Shown here in pieces: positions 1 to 13,840 of a stretch of 64,000 nt of DNA (position 1 is the first letter of the stretch; every line of letters starts with the position of its first letter). The notes below the pieces were generated by a model that ran no database searches, had not been told where the DNA came from, and saw only the letters and a program-made list of their open reading frames with translations. The position numbers and the translations under genes are program-made. The stretch comes from Podarcis bocagei. Lineage: Eukaryota. Location: NCBI GenBank assembly GCA_964188305.1, contig OZ076888.1, one strand, 5' to 3'.

Positions 1-28
1 ATAAATTTATCTGGTCTTCTTCTGGGGT

Positions 29-175
29 ACATAAGAACATAAGAGCCTGCTAAATCAGGCCAATGGCTCACCTAGTCCAACATCCTGGCCTCACAGGGGC
101 CAGCCAGATTCCTAAGGGGCACCTGCAAACAGGACATGAGCAAAACTGCATTTCTGGCCACCTGTGATTCCCAGC
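29..175 (-). mobile_element. CR1 LINE 3' end fragment
   Basis: cataagaacataag tail repeat followed by the typical CR1 3' UTR sequence; a second copy starts about 13417. Confidence 0.6.
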
Positions 176-1868
176 AAAACAACAACCCCCCCCCAGGCTC
201 TTTCATGAATAACTATTAAGACTCTTGACCAATTAAATAATGTTGAGTTGATTAAGCATCTTCATTTCAGCTTGTGAATTGGCTAATTCAATGTACATGA
301 ATCTGCATATTATAAAAACCCCAATATAGGAGCCTTTTTGAGAAAATGTAAGAAGCAAAATCTACAGTGCGACAAACAAAAGCTGCTATGGATATTTAGA
401 AGCAAGGGCCATCCTGGACAGATTTTTTAAAAATTCCTGTTACAGTAACATACTATAACCAAAATAATCCTTAAAAATAGACAAATGTACATTGTGGCTC
501 CACCAAGTAAAATTTGCTCTCACTTACTAAAATTGGCCCCTACTGATCAATCAATTAAAACTTCAGTTGATTAACTTAGAAATGCTACTGCTCAAAACTT
601 GCAGTTCTAGTGAATATATTACATGGATTAGTAAAATGTAAGTATGACTAGACAGATAAATGTAATCAGTACTTCTAATCCCTTCAAGAACATCCATCGC
701 TACCGTAACCCTGCCTAGCCTTGCTCAATAATTAGTGTAAAAGAGGGCTATGCAGACAAACAAGAGTAGATCCAGATGGGAAAAGGAAGGATGATGCTTT
801 AACAACAGCTAAAGAAGCTACTACTTTCACTGCTAAGCAGATTCAGAGAGAGACTGCTTTCATGCAACATATTTGCTCCATAGTTACAGCAATCTAAGGG
901 GGGAAACGTCTCATGCGCATGTAATTTCTGAGTTAGCCCTAAGCCTAAATCTTAACATTTTATTGTGGATCATCTAGGTCATAACATTCTATCAAAACTC
1001 TGCTTGCTATTCTGGTGAAGATAAATTCTTTTGCCCTATATTTAGTAAGAATCTAGCCAGCAGTCAAACTACAGCACTCTGAAACATATTTTACCCACCT
1101 CACTTTTTGTTAATTTTGCCTGCAACATATGCAATAATCAAACGAGAAAAGGTATCAGTTTTGCCAACAGTCTGCCTTGAAAAGATCAATGGTGCAATCT
1201 TAAGCATATATCTTCAGAAGTAAGTCCCACTGTGTACATATTTGCTACACACTCACCTGGGAGTAAGTCCCATTAAATTGAGCAAAACTTACTTTTGAGT
1301 AGATGTGCATCGGCTTGTGTGGCAAGTGTTACAGGCAGTTCTTGTTTTTAAATGACCCTGTCCTATGCTTCGCAAACCCTGGACAAAATCAAGTCATGCC
1401 CACTGTACAGCCTGTAGAAAGCAACCTGACTTCAGAGGACAGCAAACTCAAAACTAGTGATACCCACATACTGCATGGGGATTGGGATGTACCAAGTCCT
1501 CTTGACTGAAATCACTTAAATGCAAAAAGAAAATATTTTTAAAGACAAATTACCAGAATGTCTGGATGGATCCTATGATAAGTTAACTTAAGGAAACTAG
1601 GAATAAAAGTTTCCTGTCTCCTCTGCCCCACTTCGCCCCATCCCAGAAATGCAGGTGGCTGAAGCAGGAAGAAGAGGATAGGAAACTCTTCCTCCTAGCT
1701 AGCAGTGGGCAAAACAGAACCAGCACAGGGTGTGATCTAGGGAGAATCTCAAGGACCACATAAACAGGCTGGGAGCCACATTTGGCCCTCCAAGGTCCCC
1801 CAACCCTGTTCTAATGTTCTGAGTTGCAGACAGCAGCCAAGTTAGAACTTTCATATTTAGAGTTATCA

Positions 1869-1928
1869 TATATCTATATCTATATCTATATCTATATCTA
1901 TATCTATATCTATATCTATATCTATATC
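1869..1928. repeat. (TATATC)n microsatellite
   Basis: About 10 perfect hexamer units. Confidence 0.95.
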
Positions 1929-4263
1929 TTTATTCTGGTAGGGCTTCTGTGCTTTTGAAAGAGAAGCATAGCCAGCAAATGAAGCAGTTCCCTTTTCTGA
2001 ATTTTCATATTTGAGAAAAGCTCCACCAGTTGATTTCTGCTTTTTACAAAGGCACAGCTGCTCTGCCAAACATGAAATTGGCAGAATTACTTTAAAAATA
2101 ATAATAATAATAATCAGATGCAGAATTTGAAAATGCTACTTCTCCATCACTTGTGTAACCAGAAGGCAAGGAAGAAATTAACTAGCTTGCCACCCAGGCA
2201 TCATCACACAGTAATTGATCTTTACCCTCAAACCCAAATGGCAAAACCACAACAATGCTGTGGTTTAAATGAACAGAAAGCAAATCCTCTTTCAACAAGC
2301 CTCCTAACTGGAGATTTTTATCCTAGTCAGTATATGTATTAGATTTTAGGTTGTTTATATGTATACAATTTTAACTGTTTTTATACATGCTGTTGTTTTC
2401 TGTAAGTTTATTGTATTATTATTATTTTATTTTATTTAGCTCATGTGTGCCTAACATGTGCGCAACACAAAGCCAAAAACACTTCCAGCTATGTATCCTA
2501 GCCTGCTAGGTACATGACCTCCCACCCACCTGCTTTTGCAGTTTCAGATAGACAGTGACAGCTGGAAGTTTATGAAGTCACTGGTGGGCTCTGATCATCT
2601 TGGAGTATGTGTGTGTTACAGTTCTGCAGACCTGATTTTGGCTAAACACGAGGAAAAACTTGCCAGTATGATGAAGCCGTGGAACAACCCAACCAATGCC
2701 ACTGTAGAAGAATTTGTTTTGATAAGCTTCAGTACAAATACTGTGGCTCAGCTGAGCTGTGGAATGGGTGATACAATATTCAAGCATAAGAGTGATCTGT
2801 GCTGAATAGAGGGTGTCACATCCTACTTATGATGTTTGTGCATTCCAAAAATAGTCTCTCCCTGCAGAGACCAAAACACTGCTGGCATATATTTATAATT
2901 TGTGATCAGTTACAATCCCTGGGTTCTTTTACTGAAAAGTACTACATTCACCCTTTAAAAATATATGCATACATTAGTTTTTCAATCTTCACCTGATATA
3001 ATGCTTATACTTGCAAGTTGTTTTTGTTTTAATCCTTCCTTCCACAGCATTTACTGTTCTTTTTTTTCCTTTTTTCTTTTTGCTGAAAATAGCACCCAGT
3101 TCAGAGTCTATGCTCCAACTCTAATCTTAGTTTCTTTAGTATACTAGGACTGGGTTTTCAAGAGGCCCTGCCAAATAAATTTGTTTTATATACCTTTTAA
3201 TCCTGTTTTTTCACTGTTCTGATCTATATACCTTCACAATTATTTCTATTAAGTCAAATGGATTGCCATTTACTTTTTTAAGTGAGAGAAATAAAATAAT
3301 TATATTAAGCTTGCTGACAGAGCTATCCCTCTCTTAGGCTAACAGTCGGGTTTCCTCTCCCCTCCGGGCCTCCAGAATATTGAAATCAGTGATCATACAT
3401 TAGAACCATCATTGTACACCTCATCCTGCTTTAGTTAATAGGTTTTATAGGTTTTTGTAGGGCTACAAAAACCTGTAAAACCTGATCAATAGTAGAACAA
3501 AACACTATGTCAGCAAAAAAGAAAAGAAAAAAGAATAGGGCATAATTGCCTTGCTAGTCAAACTGCATTTTTTTAAGTACAGTGAGGAAAGACTACTGCA
3601 TCAGGTGCACTCAAGAGATTAGTCAAATATGCCTGATCGTCACTCACTGGTTCATCACATTACAACTCCCAAATGAATGAACAACCCGGTCTGTGCTCCT
3701 GCTGAAAAGTATTGTGATTTAGATGAGGTTCCATGAAATATCTGTTTGTAGTTTTTGACCTGTGATGGCTATTTCACATATATAGCCTATAAGACAACAT
3801 TTATATAGATACTGAATTATTAAAAAGGATGTGTGATCTCTCCTTAACAGCACAGAGCAGTTATACAATGAAGACAGAGGAATAGCCAGGGATTGGGCCC
3901 TGGGAGCTCAGCCGTAAAACGTGCACTAGTTGGTCATTTCAACTCAGCAGCATGGAAGGGCACTCTGCACATGTGCAGTGGCATTCTCCAGCAGGCATGA
4001 GCATACAAACAGTTGCTGCTCATGCTTAACATAGAAAGCTCACGTTGACTGATTTTTTTAAATAGATTATGGGACCAGATACAGTTCCCATTTAAAATTT
4101 TATGAAATGTAGATGGCAGGTATAAAATTGGGTTGTTTGGTTAATCACTAGAATAGGTAGTTATGCCCAGTAAACCTATATATCTTTTTAGGTTAAAAAC
4201 AGTGTCCCGTCCCCCCCCCCCAAAAAAGGAAACCTGCTTAGAGTGGGTAGAAGATTGACCTTT

Positions 4264-4462
4264 AGGTCACATCCACACCACACATTTAAAGCACTCTTAT
4301 ATGCAGTTTCCCCACAAAGAATCCTTGGGACCGTAGTTTGTTAAGGGTGCTGCTGGAATTGTAGCTCCATGAGGGGTCTTCTAACAACTCTCAGCACCCC
4401 TAACAGCCATGACTGTTCAAGTGGAATAAGAATGCATTAAATGTATGGTGTAAATGTGACCT
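4264..4462. mobile_element. MITE with about 35-bp imperfect terminal inverted repeats (TIRs)
   Basis: Left aggtcacatccacaccacacatttaaagcactctt versus reverse complement of right end aggtcacatttacaccatacatttaatgcattctt. Confidence 0.7.
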
Positions 4463-5071
4463 TGAAAGCATAAGCAAATGCATTATTATGCCACTTAACA
4501 TATCCTCATGAATCTCGTTATTCCAAAGGTAAGCCTTGTCCTAAAAAAAGGTTGTGGGGTTAAACTCTAATGAACCAACTCATATTATATATTGCCTTCT
4601 GTAAAAAGAAATGGAAAGTCAGGATTCTACTGCCCCCAAATATAGGCCACCCTGAATTCCTCTGCAGTTATGCTTCTTAGAAGTTGAAGTATGTAGTTTG
4701 GTCTTGTGCATACAGTGAAGAACAATTTCAGTTGCTAAAAACCAAACAACCTCTATTTTACTACTTCCCCCTCCATTCTCTTCTATTACAGCCATGCACC
4801 ACACAGATCTGTGGGCAGCTTGGTGGACAAGAACTGATGGCAAAATTCAGCCCACCAGCTCTTTAGTAGAGAGGAGGCTCAGCTTGTATACCTGTGTAAA
4901 TAAACCATATATCATAAAGACACCTCAGTCTCCACTGTGCCTCATTCCAAAAGGAAACACAAACCCTGGGTAAGAACCTGGAAGCCCTGGAATATCAGAG
5001 ACTGGGGTGGCGTGCAACAGTATAATTTCTACAGTAATTAGGCGGTGGTGGTGTTTTTACATGGATCACTT

Positions 5072-5343
5072 CATGGATCACTGCCTTATCATGGCGAAGG
5101 GGCTTGAATAACTCCAAGAATCTATGAGCTATGCTGTGCAGGGCCACCCAAGATGGACAGTTCATAGCCAAGAGTTTAGACTAAATGTGATCCACCTGGA
5201 GAAGGAACTGGCAAACCACTCCAGTAAGAAATCTCCATGGACATAAAAAAGGAGAAGCCTTGAGAAGAAAGTGAGAGTTTCCAAGGCATGCTCTGGTTCA
5301 TGGGGTCATGGAGAGTCGAATACGACTAAGACGACTAAACAAC
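5072..5343 (+). mobile_element. RTE/BovB-derived bipartite element (5' UTR joined to 3' end)
   Basis: gggccacccaagatggac...ggagaaggaactggcaaaccactccagt (BovB 5' region) followed by catggggtcatggagagtcgaatacgactaagacgactaaacaac (BovB 3' terminus). Confidence 0.7.
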
Positions 5344-5729
5344 TGCTATACTGAAGCTACTTTATTTGCAAAAAATTCCATTGGTTTCATTGGAGCCTAC
5401 TTCCAAATAACTGGATTCTGGTTTGTAGCCCAATGATCAGAAATAAAATAAATTCATTGATACAATTGTGAACTACTAGTGAACAACTGATTTCAGGATT
5501 GTAATGTTCTAAGCTGGATTGATCTGATACAAAATGGACTTCTGTATACTGATCTTTTTATGAACTCACACATTAATGCAATCCTGAATTGCTAATATTG
5601 TTTGATAGCTATTTTTAATGTCATTAACTGCATCTTAATGTATTAATTAAACTTTGGAGCCTCATAGAGGATAGATATAAAATAGATATAAGATATATAA
5701 AACATTTTACTTAATACCTCAAAATGTTG

Positions 5730-5732
<3 letters not shown>

Positions 5733-5769
<37 letters not shown>
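5733..5769. repeat. (TA)n microsatellite
   Basis: Read directly. Confidence 0.95.
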
Positions 5770-5773
<4 letters not shown>

Positions 5774-6419
5774 CAAACCTGAAAATTCTGAATAAGTGTT
5801 TACATTAATCATCCTCAAACATGGTTAAGCTGAAGTGCTACTGTTTAAGCTGACCAAATTTCATTGACTTCTGTGGGACAACTACTTTAAAGTATAATAT
5901 TTAAAATTAATTAAGTTGTGTACCACATTTCAAGGCATATTAATTATACAAGTTTTATTCCTAAAAAGACTGAGCTAGAATCCTGTAGCAATTTACTCTG
6001 GAGTAATCATACTTTGTTAGTAGAATCTTGGGTGGTTTCTTGAGAAATGCATTTTCACGGCCTTAAGGATGACATTTTAAACATCTTCATTCTGAAAGGG
6101 CGGCAAACATACCCTCTGCCACCATAGATAGCTTTAGCGTGGTGTTTACAGTTGAAGAGTTTAAAATGTATACGCTGTATTGCTGCATGGGGCTTTGCTT
6201 TACAAATCCAGGAACTTCTTTTTCAAGCTTATTTAAAATAATAACATTTCTGCTTGTGTAAATTGATATGTAACAACTGTTCCGAACAGATAACCAAAGA
6301 GTTTACTAAATTCTCTTTTATGTTGTTCATTCTTTTATTATATTTCACGATACTCTTTCAATTACTGCTTAATGTTGCAACATATCAGGCCAAACATTTG
6401 CCACTGACCATCAAAAACA

Positions 6420-6428
<9 letters not shown>

Positions 6429-6466
<38 letters not shown>
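6429..6466. repeat. (AG)n microsatellite
   Basis: Read directly. Confidence 0.95.
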
Positions 6467-6470
<4 letters not shown>

Positions 6471-6559
6471 GAGTTGGGGGTTGGGAGAGCAATGCCCTTC
6501 GAGCAAGACTGTTTCTGCAGCTGTTGTGTACATTAATCCACAGAGCAGATCTCCAAACC

Positions 6560-6569
6560 CTAAATATAG
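6560..6569. promoter_or_regulatory. MEF2 consensus site
   Basis: CTAAATATAG matches CTA(A/T)4TAG; a CAGCTG E-box lies about 40 bp away; about 0.5 kb from the putative exon. Confidence 0.35.
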
Positions 6570-7095
6570 CTTGCAGTATCATTTTACATGACACATACTC
6601 TCTCCCCCCCCCCAATTTTTTTTTAAAAGACTTTAAATATAGGGCAATATTAAACTAGACACTATGTATGTGTTTTCTTTAAGGAGGTAATGCTGATTAT
6701 TGGTGTGGATTTAGTGCTAGTGATTACAAAGCAATTGCTTAAAGTACGGTTAAGAGGGGGATTCAAAAGGGACATTTCTCATCCATGCAATTTATACATT
6801 TTTTTGCCTTCTGTTGACTCTACTTAGAATACCTAAACAGGCACAGAAGGAATTTGGACTCCCTCCCACCCTTCACACTCTGTAGATTCTGTAGATTATT
6901 TCATTTCCATTCAATCTTGTGTGCCTCTGCGCCATTTAAGAAAGAGAATTTTTAAAGTTTCTTGCTCACCTAATATGATTTATCAGCAACAATTATCATT
7001 CAGCTATAACATGGATTCTCTCCCTCCTGGACCCTCCGTGCACCTGCGCAATCTCATCGAAACACACACTCACTCTTGAAAGTTAAAGACATTAC

Positions 7096-7440
7096 CTTTT
7101 CTGATTTATCCAGTTGTTGAAATCCAACTCTGGCAACACAATCACGGTGATAAAGATTCCGAAGTAAGAGATTAAAATGACTGAAGCAATTCCTTCAAGT
7201 CCTTTGGAACCAAAACGTCTTGGAGTCCATCGGGTGGAGCGGGGGGGAAAGGCGTTAACCTTGGTTTTGGGGGGAGATGGCTGTAAGAAGCTGAACAACC
7301 TGTCACCACTGAAGCAATAGCATTTGTCCGTTTGCAGGTCCCAAGTTATTTTGAGACTCATAAACCATGTGCCTGTGAAACATTCCACCTCATTGGACAG
7401 GATAATATTGAGCAAAGGGATTCCATTGCTGTAACAGCAC
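7096..7440 (-). other. Putative non-coding 5' exon of a gene divergent from HERC4 (possibly MYPN)
   Basis: Acceptor ccccgtag|7440 and donor AAAAG|gtaatg at 7096; non-repetitive; no recognisable protein. MYPN lies head-to-head with HERC4 in human. The identity rests on synteny only. Confidence 0.4.
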
Positions 7441-10400
7441 CTACGGGGTATGTGTGTGTATGCAAGGGAGGGGGTCATCATTTTATCTCCTCCCAGAATG
7501 TCTTTGATGGATGCTCACGCTCTTGGCATGACTCATTCAAAATGGATTTTGTATTGTTTTACGCAAACTGTTGTCAAAGCAGGCACATTCATTTTAAAAT
7601 TAGAAAATAGTGGGATCTAAGCTCTTCCTTATTCTTATTGCTCAGAATATCTGAGATGCCGAAGATTACATACCACTAATAAAGGCTTAAGATTTTAACT
7701 AGTTAGATTCAAGGCTAAGAGTATATACATTAAAAAATCAAACAGTTTAAACATTGGGGGCATAATCCTGCTAAAGTTAAACCCTTTAAAGTCCCATTGG
7801 ATTCAGTGAGACATAATTAAGCAAGTGCTTAATTCTCCCATTGAAATCAAGGGCATTTAATTGTGCCTGGCTGATCCATTCAAATCAGCTTGCAGTGGGT
7901 TATCATCTTGCATCCTGAAAATGCAATCCTAAATACCGGCAGTGTCATATAAACCTACAATACCATTTTGCCTGCAACGGTTGCATGAGGTCATGGTTTG
8001 TAAGGTGCCACTTATGTTTTAATTAATAACTCCATCCTAAACATCTGTTGCTAGTACATGAAGCCTGAAGACATGTTGTCTGACTGAAATAAACAGGAAC
8101 TGTTTATGGGATTATGTCCCAGGGGCTTAACCTAAGATTTACGAAGCGAACACAGCACATTTTATCACTATTAAGGCTGTGAGCTTTTAAATATTTTGTT
8201 GCTGTTCTTATATACAGTATAATAAATCAGGTTGCATTCATGCTAATTAAGTCACAGTTAAGCTGAAATAAATATGAAAAATATCAGGACTAACCAATAA
8301 ACACATTTTTGTATGCAGTTTTTACAAATGTACACAATTTTGTATGTTGTTTTCACTAATATACTCATTTTTATGCTCGCTTCCCTCAATAGATGCATTA
8401 AAAACCCAACAATCTTGGTTGGCGAACTGCATTGCAAATTTCAGATGGGTGCAAATTTCAATGGATAGAAAAAGTATAGCTTGGTTTTGCTTCAACTGGG
8501 AAGAACTAGAGTTCAAGTTAGACATTGCAGGAGGCCACATGGTGGCTGTGAACTCTCATCTCTGAGAGCACATGCGATGACATAATCATACTCAGAGTTT
8601 CCCTACCCTTTGCATGGGGAGGTCAATGAAGTAAAACTGGGACGGGGAACTTAGAGTGTTATGGTACAGTGTCAATATGTGACTTTCAGTGTATATTACT
8701 GGGGGAGATAGGTCAGACACACAAATGCCATACGTTCCTTGTAGCATCTAGTTTGTTTCAATTGGATTAAACCAATGGCTTCAGAGGAAGGATGGACTTT
8801 AAGGAGCAATCTGAATGGCATTCAGAACATTGATTGGAGAAGTTCCTGGCTGGTTAAATATATTTTAATTTCCTGGTATTAGATGCAACTGTAAAAATAA
8901 AAGTATAGCATTCCGCAACTATTCTAGTCTCCAAGAATATCTTAGATACTGGAATAGTGAAGAAATTGGATGTTTATTTACATCATTGCAGACCCCTCCC
9001 TTCCACAAAGACATACAGACTCTTACATAGCTTTGCAGTACTGGAGAGACTCTTGAGGAGTTTCACAACTCTACACAAACTCTTCCGGAGGTTTTAAATC
9101 CTGCATGGAATCTCGATATGGATTATGCCACATTAGCACTCCACAAAGATAGCAATAAATACATTCCAACTTTTGAAACCAATAATGTATATCAGGGTGT
9201 CACCAAGCCATTTGTAAACATAATTTAAATACTTCCAACAGAAAACACTTGAAGACAGAGTTATGGTTATGCAGTTGTAAAGTTACTGTCATGTAGAGAT
9301 TGATCCCAGTCACATTTAAGTCAATGGCAATCCTCCACTATAATGATTACTGTGGCCCTAAAAAAAATGGCATCAGTAAAAAGGCTGACTATTCAACATT
9401 TGAAAAGCACAGTAAGAGAAAATAGGGCTGAGATCCTAAGCATACTACTGACATGAATAGAACCTGCTTTAAAATAAAGGTTTTAGGACTGGGGTGTTAG
9501 GCTCCATTGGAAAAAATCCAGGCTGAAATGTAACCAAATGAAATTAGGTTGGATACTCTAATATTTATATTATGCACGCACGCACACACACACATTAATT
9601 AACAAAAACTATTGTTAACAGAAATAAACCAGATGCATGCTGTAAAATCTGCTAGCTGTTCTGCTAGCTTGTTGTGCCGTACGGTAACATCCTGCCCACA
9701 CCTTCCAGGGGTTCTGCTAGCTGTATTGTACCACTAGCTGTATTGTACCATACGGTAACAGCCTGCCCACACCTTCCAGGGGTTCAGCTCTTACCTGTGT
9801 CTGGTTTCCTAAGAATCTGTAACAGTCTTAGAAAATTCACATTTTTACATGCTTGCACAGTAAGGGTGTGTGTGGAGCAATCAAATATACAGATAAAGTA
9901 TCGCTATGTTTGTATTTGATACTGTTTAAATGTATATGAACAGACCCTCTCAAAATATAGTTAAGGGTCATTATGACAAAGGCAGCCACTCCTCTACCCC
10001 TTCCTCTCTTTGCATGTTTGAATATTCCAAACTCTAAATGGCAAAGGGCTGCAAATTGCAAACATGCCCATTATTTGGTGGCCATCTCATTAGTAATAAT
10101 TTTTTACATTATCTGTCATCATCGTTTAATATAAATGATTTGTATCTGCATCTGCAATAGAAATAACTGTGTTGATACTAACTGAGAATATATTGCAGAC
10201 CAAATATGATGTGGCAACACCATTTGATGCATGTAGTATTACATTCCTCCACCCTACCAAACCAGCAATCTTGGCAGGATCAGGAGAATGTCAAGAGAGG
10301 AAGACAAGCGACAGCATATGTGAAGGTTATGTCCCCACCATTTTTTAGGATTAAGAATCCATATATCATTTCCTTGCCAGACATGTCCTAGTGAGGAGAG

Positions 10401-11456
10401 GTGTACATCTCCCTCAAAATGTCAAACATTAGAGGAAGACACAGTCTCCACACGTAAGTTCCTAGTGACTCAATCCAGAATCCCTTTTTCTGAAGTCCAC
10501 ACCACTAACTTCTTTGTCTATTGTTTTTAAGTGAGAGACAACATCTGTGTCTAAATGTCTGGAGGGAAGAATGTACAGCAGTGAACTCAAACTTGTTATG
10601 ATATATGAAGTTGATCTTTAAATTAATTTTCCTTTCATTTTCAAGGCACTGTACAAAATTTCAGAAAGCATACTATTAACAACAACAATCCAATTAAAAC
10701 CACATTCACCTCTTTAAAACTGAACAGCAGCAATTAGAATATCAGCAGTAATTAATAAACCATATTGGCTATGAGTCCTGTAAGACCTGCTCCCTGCCCT
10801 GGGAAAGTGAGGCCCTAAATGACTCCAGTTACAGAGGCAAGTGCAAGTGTGCAGCCTGCAAAAGGTGTCCCAAAATATGATGGCAAGTGCACCTACTTAA
10901 ACATAAGAAAGTGATACTCTATTAAAATAGACTGATGGTACACACCTAGCAGCATGAAAACAGCCAAACTGTTGTTATTGTTGGCATTTGTCTGTCTCAA
11001 GAGACAATGAGTTGCTTTTATGGTAACATACTAAACCCACTGGAACTTGGTACTCCCTTAAGAGTCATCATCATAAAAGAAATAAGACAACATCACACTT
11101 GGGCTGTTCTCAAGTTGTCATACTTTCTGGGTTTTCAAGTTATTAATTATATGCTATCTGCCTCATGCACTGGCACCATTCCTAGAATTGGATGCAGTAT
11201 TTCCATTAATGATACATGAAATCACTTCTATTTTCTTCATCATCTAAACAAGAGTTGTAAGGATGAATTGGTTAATATACGTATCCACAAATGTTTTATC
11301 CTTTCCACTGGGGTGTGGGGGTGTAAGAAAAACAAACAGGTCACGTTCCTGACAGCAACGTGCAACTTGATCTATAACACCACACAAATAAAACAAAGTA
11401 CTAAAATGCTATTGCCCTAATCCAGCAAGGTAAAGGTGCATGCCAAAATTACTCAC

Positions 11457-11590
11457 ATCTCTTGGTTCTGCCCACATGTTACCCTTTCCTCAAATCCTTC
11501 CGCTGGCTTCTCACCCCATTTTGTATTCAGCACAAATGCCCTGTCCTTTAGGAAGGCAGAAATTGCTGTCTTACTCAGTCCAGATTCATA
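11457..11590 (-). other. Putative upstream 5' exon of the same minus-strand gene
   Basis: Strong donor GAT|gtgagt at 11457; upper boundary is a guess. Confidence 0.3.
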
Positions 11591-13189
11591 GTAGGACTTT
11601 AAACAAGGCATATTAAAAAAAAAAAAACATTGCCATAGGAGTTGGCGTAGTGCCCTGTCAGAGATTTTTTTTTAAGGTAAAAAATATTAATCCTAAAATA
11701 CATTGCTCAGGAAACACATTATCAGAAACAATCACACTAATGGGGATTTTAAAAAAATGCAACCAGCTCCATGTACGCACATCTTCAGAAGTTCCAAAGT
11801 TCAGCATAAATTATCTCGCAAGAAAAGCAGGCAGCCTATCAATAGGTATTAAACAGGCACAGTTGGATAGTATGTTTTATGACAGGAATTGATACGTACT
11901 TTTGTATTACAAATGTGCTGAAGCAGCAAGCAGTCATTTCATTAGTGGCTGGATTTTAAATTTAAACCATTGTTTCTTTTCACTCTGATTGCTTGCCACA
12001 CTCCCTCTACTGTTCATGAGCATGTACTACATTTTGTGAAACCTCACATCATCACTCAAGGGGAGAACTCCAAAAAACAAGCATCAGTTTCAAATATTCA
12101 GTCTAAGGATGCTTTTGAATATGGATTATTTAACACCACCCAATCACTGCTGCTCCACTTTGAACTGGAAATGGAATAACAACTCTGCTTCCAAGCAGAC
12201 AGTTCCATTTCCCCCAACACCAGATGTTTGTATGGGTTATTATCATTCTTTGCGAAGAAAGGCTAAATACTCCCTCCCCTTTTTACTGAATTCCTGGTCA
12301 TGATTCTGCATCCCACCCCATTTAAGAAAATAGTTTGATAAAAAGGCAATACTATTTGGAAAGGGAAGAGTTAAAGTTATAGAGTTGGGGGAATAGGCTC
12401 AGTGAAATCCAGTCTTGTATATTTTCCTAATCTCAAAAACTATTCAGTCTAAAGTATTGTGAATTACTAATGTGGCAGAAAATTTGAAAAAAGAAGAAGT
12501 CAGGAGCTGCCAGATAAATCTGATATTATTGGTATATTTCTAGGATATTAGCAAACCAAGAAGCCAATTAAACAGCGCAATTCAAAACAGTGTCATACTT
12601 CAGCCTTTAACCTGAACTGATATTCTGACACTGAAAGAAAATACTAAGCTGGGGCAGAAGTTTCTATAAGACTTAACATGCTCCTCCTTTCACCATAAAT
12701 CTGGCATAGTTATTTCTTCATGCCAGTCAATATGGTTAATAATACTAACTTTGGAAAATGCTGTTTAGAGTTTCACCAAGTCTATTGAAAACTTATATGA
12801 CTGCATCAGCCTAAATTCCCTCCCTCTATTTTTTTCACTTATCTGACTGGAATTCTTCTTTTCCTTTGCTACTGAATCACTTCTTTGCTCTAGCCTTAAA
12901 TTTCATTCATTTACATGTAAAGTGAGTTGACAGCTGGTGTATACTATGAAAAAATATGCTGCAAAACATTTATATAGCAAATTAAAGAATTTGCCATCCT
13001 AGTGGCACTGTTTGCTCTTTGGGAAGGAGCCAATATATTGTCACAAGACGTAATCCATCAGGGAAGATCCTGAGTGGATTGGGTGCTGCTGTTGTAGATC
13101 CCATGGATAGATAATGCTTGAATCCTGCATTCAAGGTTGCATGCACAATTCACAATGTTTGTATGGACAGTGAATCCCATCTCTGTCAT

Positions 13190-13840
13190 GATCCTGTGAG
13201 GTTAAGTTAGGCTGAGAGGTATATGGCGGCCTCAAGGTCATCCACCAAATGTTATGGCTAAGTGAGGATTTAAATCTAGGTCATATTGGTCCTATTCCAA
13301 CATTCTCACCACTGTAATGGGGTGAACAACCTGTGGCCTTTCAAATGTTGTGAACTACAGCTCTCAGCATCCCCATCCATTGGTCATCTTGGCTGGGGCT
13401 GATGAAACATGGGAGTCATATGAACACAAGAGTCCTGCTGAATCAGGCCAATGGCTACCTAGTCTAGCATCCTATTGTCCCAGTGGCCAACCACTTGCCA
13501 GTGGAAAGCCCACAAACAGAATGTGAGTGCAGTAGGACTCTCCCCTCTTGAGATTTCTTTGTTTGTTTACTGCATTTATATCCCACTTTTTTATGTAAGA
13601 AGCTCAAGGTGGCATACATGGTTTTCTTCCTCCTTATTTAATCCCCACAACAATCTTAAGAGGTAGGTTAGGCTTAGAGGCAGTGAGTGGATCCAGGTCA
13701 TCCAGTGAGTTTCATGACAAAGTTGGGATTTAAACCTTGGTCTCCCAGGTCCTAGTCTAACACTAACCACTACATCACACCATCAATACCATCAGTAGCT
13801 GATGGCATTCACAGGCATGCTGCCTCTGGAAGTGGAGGAT
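13190..13840 (-). mobile_element. Nested cluster: SINE fragment, hAT-type MITE fragment, and a CR1 3' end interrupted by a Squam3-like SINE (about 13555-13780)
   Basis: CR1 sequence stops about 13555 and resumes about 13800; the intervening sequence is an inverted tRNA-headed SINE related to the copy at 31286. Confidence 0.6.

Noticed and set aside
1866-2069. ORF ending DIDIDID (also RERERE at 6254 and ERKK repeats at 51941)
   Set aside because: These are translations of microsatellites.
7092-7481. 129-aa minus-strand ORF as a protein-coding gene
   Set aside because: No recognisable homology, and its ATG lies upstream of the apparent acceptor; kept only as a putative UTR exon.
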